Below, one piece after another: positions 10,169 to 20,820 of a stretch of DNA of 28,596 bases. The stretch is taken from contig NW_021827535.1 in the NCBI RefSeq assembly GCF_006345805.1, positions 1-28,596 of the forward strand. The letters are read 5' to 3'. A program made the position numbers and the translations under genes. The notes beneath the pieces were generated by a model that saw only the letters and a program-made list of their open reading frames with translations, was not told the DNA's origin and did no database searches. The DNA comes from Octopus sinensis (Eukaryota). Each line of letters begins with the position of its first letter. The stretch's first letter is position 1.

Positions 10169-10392
10169 AGCACCATCGAGGTGCTTTAGTGTGGCATTGA
10201 GCCTGGTCGGGTGACGGCGGGGCGGAAAAATTAAGAGGCTTAGTGCCTCGTATTGTGTATTAACATTAAAGTAAGAGGTTTAGTGCCTCGGTCTGTTGTT
10301 TTGCTTTGTGTTTTGAGTTTATTGTTTGTAAGAGGCTCAGAGCCTCAATTGAGAAGGAACTGTGGAACTAAAGTAAGAGGTTTAATATCTCG
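10169..10392. repeat. Array of four 19-nt hairpin repeats (TAAGAGGYTTAGTGCCTCG-like) with non-identical spacers, plus one upstream hairpin
   Basis: Copies at 10232-10250, 10272-10290, 10329-10347 and 10374-10392; hairpin agcacc-atcga-ggtgct at 10169-10185. Confidence 0.85.
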
Positions 10393-11129
10393 CATTGTTT
10401 TTACTATGTAAAAAAAAAAAAAGAATAATATTTTAGAGAAGCAAAAAATCGGCGGGCGTTTTTTGTCTTCTCCCAACAATATCATCCTTTTTCATCATTC
10501 ATCTCATCAATGTTTTTGTCCAGCCTGCAAGCTACTCTGTGTTATGCCTTTATGGCAAAATTTTCAAATAAAGTAGTGTGTATATTAGTACACTATATAT
10601 CTTTAACCAAACAGATTCAAGAGAAATGTTGCTGGTATCAGTGCTGTTACAAGGGCTTAGTTGTTGATATTTACGATCGAAGATTGGAGCAGGAGAATAA
10701 CAAAGTACGATAGAAATGTTTAGTAAAGATCTGGTGATATTTATAATGTAAGAGGAAATACTTTTTAAGGACTTAAACAAGTTTTGAATTAATGACTCTG
10801 ATGTCGAATGTGGGGTAATTAATTAGTAATGTGTGTTTTCTGTATTCATTTTCACTGGGACCAGTGGTAGGTGCTCCGTTGCTACAGATTTTCTCACCAG
10901 AGTTATTTCTAGTTTAGGTCTCATTAGAATATTGGGATGCATTTCGGATGACCTGTACGTTAGCTGAAAGCTAAGGCAGCTTGGGTGAGATAGCCGAAAG
11001 CAATTTATGAAATATATGTCTGGGGTGGTTGGAGTGCCTACGGATGTAATTAGGTGTTTCGTTAGGTTTGTGCTATGGATAATATAAGGAATTAGAGAGG
11101 TCGAAGGTGACTCCAAATAAACACTGTTA

Positions 11130-11349
11130 CCATACAAACATACACGCACGCGCACATACGCTGGCACGCACATACACACGCATATATATATATATATTCT
11201 AATATAATATATAATATATATATATATAAGATAGAGGGAAAGAGAAAGGGGAAAAGACGCGAGAGCATGAAGAGTTCGAAAGGATATATAAATATGTGTA
11301 ATACATACATCTAAGTGTATTAATGGAATACAATATATAGACACGTGTT

Positions 11350-11409
<60 letters not shown>

Positions 11410-11996
11410 ATATATATATAGATATATATATATATACATAGATATACATATATATATATGTATATATATATGTGTGTAGGTGTGTGTGTGTGCAGGTGTA
11501 TGTATGTGTATTTGTTTGCGTACGCATGTGTGTTGAATATGTTGATGTAGGTACCCGCCCCAGCTATGATTGCGTGTCAAAATACGTTTTTATACGAATG
11601 TACACACACACGCACCACACATATACACACATGCATTATTCATTTATACATACAAACATACATACATGCATGTATACTTGCATAACACACACATTCACCC
11701 CCACATATATATATATTATATAAATATATATATAATCAAAACCACACATAATATGCATATATAATATATATACAATGAATATATTATATATATATATATA
11801 TATAATAATATAATGTTATGCATACACCAATACTATATATATATGCATATATAAATACATACATACATACACACCACACACACACATATATATATATTTA
11901 TACACACATGCATGTATATACCATATACCTATGTATCTATCTATTTCTCTTTCTCTCTTTCTCTCCTCATCTCTCTTCGCATGTATATAATATATA

Positions 11997-12034
<38 letters not shown>

Positions 12035-12039
12035 ATATA

Positions 12040-12079
<40 letters not shown>

Positions 12080-12136
12080 ATATATGTATATACACATACA
12101 TGCATGCATACATGCCTACATGCCTACATACATACA

Positions 12137-12176
<40 letters not shown>

Positions 12177-12245
12177 AACATACATCCATACACAAATATA
12201 CACACACTCACACAACACACACACACACACACACACATGCACATA
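11130..12245. repeat. Compound (TA)n/(CA)n/(TACA)n microsatellite field
   Basis: Direct reading. Confidence 0.95.
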
Positions 12246-12596
12246 TATCAACTCCACATGTGAATACATTGCGTGCGTTTAACGCTGCTCATTGCAGTTC
12301 CACATCGTATCCCTTTACTCCGCATACACGTGTTCTAACCCCACTCACCTGCCCCCAGCATACAATCCAGAATAGGTAACATTACTTCACTCAAATCTCC
12401 CTCCTCCTCTCCTCCCATTTCTCCTCCTTTCCTCTCTCTCTCTCTCTCTCTGTTTCTCTCACTCTATGCCTTTGCTAATGCATTTGGTTCGGTGGTAAAA
12501 GCTAAAGTTTAAAATATTCGGCTTCCATGTTGCCCCCATCCCCTCACGCTCCCCCTCCCCCTCTTCTTATCGCCGATGAAATGGTTGCCCCCGCAG

Positions 12597-12617
12597 GCAA
12601 CGGGAGATTCATCAGTG
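12597..12617 (+). other. Candidate 21-nt microexon
   Basis: Branch-like ccctcac (about 12541-12547), pyrimidine tract, ttgcccccgcag acceptor, GCAACGGGAGATTCATCAGTG, donor gtgagc at 12618. Open in all three phases. Confidence 0.3.
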
Positions 12618-12654
12618 GTGAGCTGTATAATTAAACATCGACAATGGCAGAAGT

Positions 12655-13335
12655 GTCAACAACAACATGAACAACAACAACAACAAAAGGAAGAAGAACG
12701 GCAGCAGCAACAACAACAACAGCAACTGAAACAGCAGCACCAACAACAACAGCAACTGCAACAGCAACAGCAACAACAACAACAACAACTGCAGCAGCAG
12801 CACCAACAACAACAGCAACTGAAACAGCAACAGCAACTGCAACAACAACAACAAATGCAACAGCAGCACCAACAACAACAGCAACTGAAACAGCAACAAC
12901 AACAACAACAACAACTGCAACAGCAACAACAACAACAACAACTACAACAGCAGCATCAACAACAACAGCAACTGAAACAGCAACTGCAACAACAACAACA
13001 ACAACTGCACCAGCAGCACCAACAACAACAGCAACTGAAACAGCAACAGCAACTGCAACAACAACAACAACCACAATAACAGTAACAACAGCACCAGCAG
13101 CAGCAGCAGCAGCAAAAGAAACAAGAGCAATAAGAGCAAGAAGAATGACAAGAATAGGAATAATAGCAGCAGCACCTGCAGCAGCAAAGAAGCAAATGCA
13201 GCACCAACAACAACAACTGCAACAACCATATGATCAATAGAAAAAAAAAAGGAAAACTACAACCACAACAGCAATAGAAGCAGTAAAAAGGACTCAATAA
13301 AGGGTTAATAGAAGCAACAACAACAATATCAAGAA
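12655..13335. repeat. (CAA/CAG)n block with a higher-order repeat; poly-Q ORF 12576-13079 on +
   Basis: The unit cagcaccaacaacaacagcaactgaaacag recurs, with ctgaaa at 12726, 12819, 12885, 12972 and 13035. Confidence 0.93.
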
Positions 13336-13336
13336 C

Positions 13337-13800
13337 ATGAAGCATACTACTACAATCACTGCTACATCAACAAAAATGCACTATCACCACCATCACCACC
13401 AACACCAGCACCAGCACCACCACTACCACCACACCCCTACAACCATCACTACCACCACTACTACCACCACCACCACCACCACTACCACCACCACCACCAC
13501 CACCACCACCACTACCACCACAACCACCACCACCATCACCACTACCACCATCACCAACACCACCTCTAGCACCATCACCACCACCACCGCCACCACCATC
13601 ATCACCCGCTCCATCACCACCACCATCACAACCGTACCCACCACCACCACAACCACCACAACCATCACTACCACCATCACCACCACCACTGCAATCACAA
13701 CCACCACAACCATCACTACCACCATCACCACCACCACTGCAATCACAACCACCACTACTAACGCTACTACCATTGGCACCATTACAACCACCAGCACTTT
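13337..13800. repeat. Degenerate (ACC)n block
   Basis: Direct reading; gives poly-Thr, poly-Val and poly-Gly ORFs. Confidence 0.93.
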
Positions 13801-13960
13801 TGAAAAAAGCCAACAGTAACTATGCCAATGTTAACAACATCGACGCCACCACTACAGCCGCTACCACAACATCAAAATATATTCAACACAAAAGAATTTG
13901 AACAGCAGCAGCAGCAGCAGCAGCAATAACAACAACAACAACAACAACAACAACCACACA

Positions 13961-14113
13961 GGAGTGGCTGTGGGGTAAGTAGCTTGCTTACTAACAACAT
14001 GGTTTTGGGTTCAGTCCCACTGCGTGGCACTTTCGGCAAGTGTCTTCTACTATAACCTCGGGCCGACCAAAGCCTTGTGAGTGGATTTGGTAGACGGAAA
14101 TTGAAGTCCGTCG

Positions 14114-14115
<2 letters not shown>
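13961..14115 (+). mobile_element. SINE family A 5' half followed by (CTAT)/(CTGT)n to 14296
   Basis: ggagtggctgtggggtaagtagcttgc...gggttcagtcccactgcgtggc...cgtcgta. Confidence 0.88.
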
Positions 14116-14188
<73 letters not shown>

Positions 14189-14189
14189 A

Positions 14190-14247
<58 letters not shown>

Positions 14248-14257
14248 TCTATCTATA

Positions 14258-14291
<34 letters not shown>

Positions 14292-14296
14292 TCTCT

Positions 14297-14431
14297 GGAC
14301 GGAACGCCTGTCCTTCGCAGGATTACTCATTTTTGCCAGCTGATTGGACTAGGGCAATGAAATGAAGTGGAATCGAAACCACAATCTTACGATCATGAGT
14401 CCAACATCCTAACCACTAACCCACGCGCCGC
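14297..14431 (-). mobile_element. tRNA-derived SINE family C fragment
   Basis: The reverse complement gcgtgggttagtggttaggatgttggactcatgatcgtaagattgtggtttcgattcc (A and B boxes) is followed by ...cagctggcaaaaatgagta; a second copy lies at 17233-17370. Confidence 0.8.
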
Positions 14432-14440
14432 TACCTTGTT

Positions 14441-14905
<465 letters not shown>

Positions 14906-15377
14906 TTTGTTGGTCATAGGCAATTTGTGATCCGCGGGACTTCATGAATGACTCGCTTAACGACAAATTACCTTGGATATTTTCAACAGTGCAGCCCGCC
15001 TAATGATAAACCATGTATTATGCGACCCGCTTGCAGGAAAATACTGCGCATGCCTACTCTACGTGTTGGCTCAACTTTCAAGAAGCAGCAGTCAACCGTC
15101 GTATAAACTCAAGGTCACATTGGATAATATAGGCCTAGATGCATTATGTTATATAATGGGGTGGGATGCTCACAGCTTTAATGCTTTGATCATACGTATG
15201 TTTTGATCGTAGATGACTTGGGGTTAAAAACGTAATAACAACGCCGATGAAGAAATCTTTATGTAGTAGTTTGAACTATTAGAAATAGCAGCCAAACCTC
15301 CCTCATTTCACATCCTGCTTTTTCTTAGAAAAAAAAAAAAGAAAATCACAAATAGGTAATATAACAGCAGTCTTGTA

Positions 15378-15616
15378 CGGGGATGGGTAGTTTGGTACAG
15401 CCGTTTTGGCGACGCTGATTCGACGATGATGTGACGCTGACTTATTTGACACCAGACATTTCAATGCTTCTCTCGTTTTTCCCCAACTTGCCCTCTGTTT
15501 ATGAGTGTTTACCTCGAGTGCCAAAGTGTACCATCACCCAAAAGACGTTTCAGTGTCCAGTCAGCCGTGCCTAATTGCCAGCGCCCAAGCGGCTGCGACC
15601 AGTCGTCTTTTTTCCG
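15378..15616. mobile_element. Probable old MITE / non-autonomous DNA transposon
   Basis: Degenerate inverted ends: tggtacagccgttttggcg (15393-15411) vs cgcccaagcggctgcgacca (15582-15601), with outer cgg...ccg. CpG-rich relative to its flanks. Confidence 0.5.
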
Positions 15617-15959
15617 GTCCGATACACATAACTGGTGGAAAAATCGGATAGGAAAGATAATAGGTCTGCTAAAACAGGGCTGATTTAGGCTAAACAACAA
15701 CAGCAAGAACATCAACTACAACAGCAGCAGCAAAAGCAACAGCAACAACAACAATAACAACTGCAGCAGCTGTTACTATCAAGGGCACAAGAAAATACAT
15801 GCACATATTGAGGAAATAGACCCAGTTTGACATGTCCCAGTACTTGACTGGAATATATTATAACGAATTGAGAAGCTCTTAACCAATGGAGGTACTTAAA
15901 CTCTTGGAGCAGTAAGAGAGAATACTATGGTAAGCTCACACAATGGAAATTTCTAAGCA

Positions 15960-15963
15960 AATA

Positions 15964-16008
<45 letters not shown>

Positions 16009-16030
16009 GCACGCACTCACGTAGCACATC

Positions 16031-16062
<32 letters not shown>

Positions 16063-16140
16063 TGTATGTATGTATGTATGTATGTATGTATGCATGCATG
16101 TATGTAATTATCTATGTATGCACGTATGTATGTATGTATG
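15960..16140. repeat. (TA)n and (TATG)n microsatellites
   Basis: Direct reading. Confidence 0.95.
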
Positions 16141-16158
16141 CACATAGAAATAAGGGAA

Positions 16159-17130
16159 GGTGTGGCTGTGGGTGTAAGACATTTGCTTCCCAACTGTATG
16201 GTTCTGGGTTAAGTCCCATTGCGTGACGTTTTGGGCAAGTGTCTTTTACTACAACCTTAGGCCGACTAAAGCTTTGTGAGTGGATTTGGTAGACAGAAAC
16301 TGAAAGAAGCCCATCGTATATGTATGTCATTATTCAGTTTAATTTCAAGATTTCTTGCCAATAGAAAAATAGCCGGTTTCTACCCTAGATCCAAGGCCAC
16401 TTCATTGGAATTTCAGCATCAACAGTAGGATATTTTTGTATGTATGTATGTATGTATGTATGTATGTATGTATGTATGTATGTTATGTATGTATGTATGC
16501 ATATGAGCAGATTTGTATGTTTTGGTTTATGTATGTATTCTCATGCATATAGTTACATATCAAGACATGCTCTTATATATTTAAATGACAAACTTCTGGA
16601 AAGTTTCACAGATTTTTACAGTTCCAGTGATGGATTGGATCTGTAGTCTTCGAATTAGCTCTCTCCTTTCTGGTTTTGAGAAGCCTAATTTCTGAAGATT
16701 GGTATTTAGGCCGCGTGTTACATATCCCAAGGCCCCAATGATTACAGGTATAAATCTGAACTTCTAATCTGGATAGAGTAACTGCAGATTTCTCAATAGT
16801 TCAGCATAGGTGTTCTCTTTTTTACTGATCTTCAGCTTTATGTTAACATTCGCTGGGCAGCTAATTTCCACAACTGTACACAGTTTCCCTTCTCTATCCC
16901 AAATCATCATATCAGGTTTGTTGCGCTTACATTTTATTGATGTTTTCACCGGGACATTCCATCAGTATTCTTTTTTTATACTATGAGTGGCTATGGCATC
17001 TACTATACTGTGCGTTCTTATTTCTCTGTCCTCGGGGTTATCCTTCCGACAAATTGGTATGTATGTATATATGTATATCTTTGTGTCTGTCCCCCATAAT
17101 TAGCGGTTCAGCAAAAAAGACCGATAGAGA
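16159..17130 (+). mobile_element. SINE family A copy split by a LINE insertion (5' half 16159-16327, remnant of 3' half 17057-17130)
   Basis: Head and body end at cccatcgtatatgtatgt; the element resumes at gtatgtatgtatat...gtgtctgtccccc...ttagcggttcagcaaaaaagaccgatag. Confidence 0.8.
16328..17056 (-). mobile_element. 5'-truncated non-LTR retrotransposon with a restriction-like endonuclease (R4/Dong-type): ORF remnant 16581-17055 plus 3' UTR
   Basis: One frame with two stops: ...EY*WNVPVKTSIKCKRNKPDMMIWDREGKLCTVVEISCPANVNIKLKISKKENTYAELLRNLQLLYPD*KFRFIPVIIGALGYVTRGLNTNLQKLGF...ITGTVKICETFQKFVI*. This contains the PD...E...K..Y RLE motif and the PVIIGALG motif. Confidence 0.9.
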
Positions 17131-17232
17131 AAGCTCAACAATATGATTGTGAGCTTTTAATTTTGTTGCAAAAAATCTTTATGTTCAGATAAGCTAACTC
17201 AGAATGTAACATAGCCCCGTTTGAAATACAGG

Positions 17233-17370
17233 CTTATTTTTGCCAGCAGAGTAAACTGGATCAATGAAAAATAAAGTCTTGCTCAAGTTACATAACGCGG
17301 CGCCGCTGAGTATCAAAGTCACGACCTTATGGATCGTGAGTCAAATATCCTAACCACTTAGACACGTTTC
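17233..17370 (-). mobile_element. SINE family C, decayed
   Basis: Reverse complement acgtgtctaagtggttaggatatttgactcacgatccataaggtcgtgact...cttgagcaagac...ctgctggcaaaaataag. Confidence 0.75.
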
Positions 17371-17504
17371 TCCACTATACTCCAATAGCGTTTATAAAGA
17401 AATTGATTGCTGTAAAATATGTATTCAGTATTATAGTTGTAATGCAAACTACAAGCTGTTACTTAGAATAAATTTGTTATATGCTGGAACAGTAAATTAA
17501 ATGG

Positions 17505-17546
<42 letters not shown>

Positions 17547-18509
17547 GAATGAAAACCAAGTGAAAATAATATATTGGAAGGTTAGCTAAAACATAAGCTA
17601 CCTTAAAATTGTTTGAAATAAAGAACTAGTTTACGAATTTGGATAAGATATACAGAAAAGGAAAGAAAAGGAAATACTTTCGATTTATAGAGGAATAAAT
17701 TTTAAACATGCCATCAAATACTTTCGGTGTAGAATTGGATGCATTGGAGCGAAAGTTAATTACCAGGTAAAAATGGATAAAATAAAAATAGAAAGTAGTA
17801 AAACGATAACGTATAGATACAATGTAGGGAGGTGGGATACTTGTTTGAATGTGTTAGAACGTTAAAACCTGAAATAATTATTGTGTATGTATTTAATTAA
17901 TCTGTTGAATTAAAGATGCTTGAAAAACAAGAGAAATTAGTTCAGTTTCATAAATTTAACGAGATTTAATAAATTAATGGTTTAATAGGAAATTCGTTCA
18001 TAACTAGTTTGATAATTAAATGAAAATAATAAATGGAGAGACAAACATAGAGTCTCGGTTTAAACACTAGAATGAATGAATTAAGAGATGGAACTTTACT
18101 ATAATCAAATTTTTAGGTTTAATAGTTTCATTGTATAAACTTCTCTGATAGGAAAACAGTAATGATTAAGATGGCAAAGGTTTTGCTAGATACGTACAGC
18201 TACTGTTACTGATCTTGAACATTATGTTGAAAGTGTTATCTGTCAAGATAAAATGAAATAGTAATGAAGTAGAATGAAAATATTAGTAGAAATTCATTAA
18301 TATATCAGAACAAAAGCGTGCGCGTGTTCATCTAATTATTAGCTATTTAGTAATACAATAGCTTAGTTTTTTTTTTATGTTCTAAAAGCCCGATGTCCGT
18401 AAGATAAAATTAATTCTAAGTGTCTACTAAGTAATGCAAGGTAGAAAAATAAAATTTCGTATGATTACAATGGAGAAAGCTGATAAGTCTATTCCCTATT
18501 AGTGTGACA

Positions 18510-19509
18510 GGCGGCGAGCTGGTAGAAACATTAGCACGTTGGGCGAAATGCTTAGCGGTATTTTGTCTGCCGTTACGTTCTGAGTTCAAATTCCACCGAG
18601 GTCGAATTTGCCTTTCATCGTTTCGGGGTCGATAAATTAAGTACCGGTTACACACTGGGGTCGATGAATTAAGTACCAGTTACGCACTGGGGTCGATAGA
18701 ATCGACTTAATCCGTTTGTCTGTTCTTGTTTGTCTCCTCTGTGTTTTGCCCGTTGTTGGTAGTAAAGAAATATTTCGCCTGTTGCTAGTTTCTGAGTTCA
18801 AATTCCGCCGAGGTCGACTTCGCCTTTCATCCCTTTCGGGGTCGATAAATTAAGTACCAGATACGCACTGGGGTCGATGTAATCGACTTAATCCGTTTGT
18901 CTGTCCTTGTTTGTCCTCTCTGTGTTTAGCCCGTTGTGGGTAGTAAACAAATAGGTATTTCTCCTGCCGTTACGTTCTGAGTTCAAATTCCGCCTAGGTC
19001 GACTTTGCCTTTCATCCCTTTCGGGGTCGATAAATTAAGTACCAGTTACACACTGGGGTCGATATAATCGACTTAATCCGTTTGTCTGTCTGTACTTGTT
19101 TGTCCTCTGTGTTTAGCCCGTTGTGGGTAGTAAAGAAATAGGTATTTCGTCTGCCGTTACGTTCTGAGTTCAAATTCCACCGAGGTCGACTTTGCCTTTC
19201 ATCCTTTCGGTGTCGATTAAATAAGTACCAGTTATGCACCGGGGTCGATGTAATCAACTTAATCCGTTTTTCTGTCCTTGTTTGTCCTGTCTGTGTTTAT
19301 CACCTTGTGGGTAGTAAATAAATAGGTATTTTGTCTGTCTTTACGTTCTGAGTTCAAATTCCGCCGAGGTCGACTTTGCCTTTCATCCCTTTCGGGGTCG
19401 ATAAATTAAGTACCAGTTACGCACTGGGGTCGATATAATCGACTTAATCCGTTTGTCAATCCTTGTTTGTCCTCTCTGTGTTTAGCCCTTTGTGGGCAAT
19501 AAAGAAATA
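18510..19509 (+). mobile_element. SINE family B concatemer: one head plus 5 units
   Basis: Head at 18510; units start at 18557, about 18771, 18954, 19141 and 19325 (183-187 bp). Unit 1 carries an extra internal duplication of about 32 bp. Confidence 0.93.
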
Positions 19510-19685
19510 AGAATCGTTAGCATGCCGGACAGAATGCTTAACGGAATTTCGTCTTGAGGAATTTGTACTGAGTCTAAATTCAACCTAAAGTCAACTGTAA
19601 TTTCCATCATTTCGGAGTCGACAAAATAGATACCAGTCAAGTATTGAGGCGGATGAAAACAACTAGCCTCCTCCCGCTAAAATTT
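19510..19685 (+). mobile_element. Older, decayed SINE family B copy directly abutting the array
   Basis: agaatcgttagcatgccggacagaatgcttaacggaatttcgtc...ctgagtctaaattc...catcatttcggagtcgacaaaata. Confidence 0.7.
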
Positions 19686-19686
19686 C

Positions 19687-19731
<45 letters not shown>

Positions 19732-19846
19732 GAATGAGAGAGCAGTTCATGCCATCAAAGTAACACTGGGGTAAAATATACGAAGCCCAATATACCCATC
19801 ATGACTACCCGTCTGATAAGGGTACACCATGCACATGCATCACAAC

Positions 19847-19847
<1 letters not shown>
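19732..19847 (-). mobile_element. Short (116-bp) copy of a (TAA)n-flanked element
   Basis: Near-identical to 20267-20378 and flanked on both sides by (ATT)n. Orientation is inferred from which end is shared. Confidence 0.8.
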
Positions 19848-19887
<40 letters not shown>

Positions 19888-19909
19888 TATTATTATTATT
19901 ATTATTATT

Positions 19910-20161
19910 GCCTCCGCCTTAGCAAGGCGAAGGTATTGTTTCAGTCGTGTTTGTTTGTTTGCTTGTTTGTCTGTAGACAAGATATCTCAAGAATCGCTGG
20001 ATAGATTCGAATAAAACATTCAAGGATGTTTATTATTCTAGTTTGTGAGAGCAGTCGAGTTTATTTCAGATGTTCTCATTTTAAAAATCATCTCCGGCTA
20101 ATCGTTGAGAGAGCGTTGGTGTTGCTTTGGCGGAGGATTGCGCTCTCTGAATCCTCTTGTT
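19910..20161 (+). mobile_element. Helentron-associated non-autonomous element (HINE/DINE-1-like)
   Basis: 5' cctccgcc (19911-19918) folds with ggcgaagg (19926-19933); internal (TTTG)n; 3' subterminal ggcggagg (20129-20136); terminal hairpin gaggatt-N10-aatcctc (20133-20156); T-rich ends; no TSD. Confidence 0.75.
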
Positions 20162-20194
20162 ATTATAATAATAATAATAATAATAATAATTATA

Positions 20195-20266
<72 letters not shown>

Positions 20267-20820
20267 GAGTGTGAGAGTAGTGCATGCCATCAAAGTGACA
20301 CTGGGGTAAAATATACGAAGCCCACTATACCCATCATGACTACCCGTCTGATAAGGGTACACCAGGCACATGCATCACAATTATATGTGCGTGACATAGT
20401 GATCTCATATCAAGATAAACAGCACATGACCTTGCAGATGGGGCCCAGTTAGAATTTTCTTCTGATTGAGTAACCCATCCGCTCAAAAGGTCCCGGAATA
20501 TGGGTTGTTTAAGGATGTTGAACGAAACACCCATGTTTCCAGAGGTGAGTTATTCAAACCCCAAAGAATCCCTCTCAACACATGGCTATGATGCTCCCCA
20601 CTACTTCTGCTCGTCACCAGAGATGCACATGACGTCAGCGACTAAGGGATATTCTCAACTGGTTAAGGTCAAACAACTGACAAGCAAATCTGTGGTATTG
20701 AGCAGAATATTTGCTGTAGCCCATCTTTTATACCAAGACAAAACTATGTACATGATAGCATTTCCAATCAATTAAGATCAGAAGCCACGAGAGCCACTAC
20801 CTGGTACTGCATCAAAGGCA
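20267..20820 (-). mobile_element. Longer (about 554-bp) copy of the (TAA)n-flanked element, with no recognisable ORF
   Basis: Shares its left end with 19732-19847 and is bounded by (ATT)n on the left and a decayed (ATT)n on the right. Confidence 0.75.

Noticed and set aside
10232-10392. CRISPR array call
   Set aside because: Eukaryotic context, 19-nt repeats, irregular short spacers and no cas genes; reported as a hairpin array instead.
10940-11005. ggatga...gaaa segments and the hairpin ttagct-gaa-agctaa, considered as a hammerhead
   Set aside because: No CUGANGA core and no consistent three-stem junction.
10823-12379. ORFs rich in YI/HT/CV, also at 23170-24147 and 26639-27230
   Set aside because: Dinucleotide microsatellite translations.
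13337-13819. Poly-Thr and poly-Gly ORFs as mucin or glycine-rich protein
   Set aside because: Trinucleotide low-complexity sequence open in most frames; no splice or domain support.
14973-15206. 77-aa ORF in CpG-richer unique sequence with a cag acceptor and a partial NRF1-like tgcgcatg
   Set aside because: No recognisable domain or good donor; part of it may be repeat-derived.
17570-18320. A-rich stretch with IKFLGLI, like the LINE RT KYLG motif
   Set aside because: A single short motif, many stops and no YADD found; it may be an ancient LINE but is unsupported.
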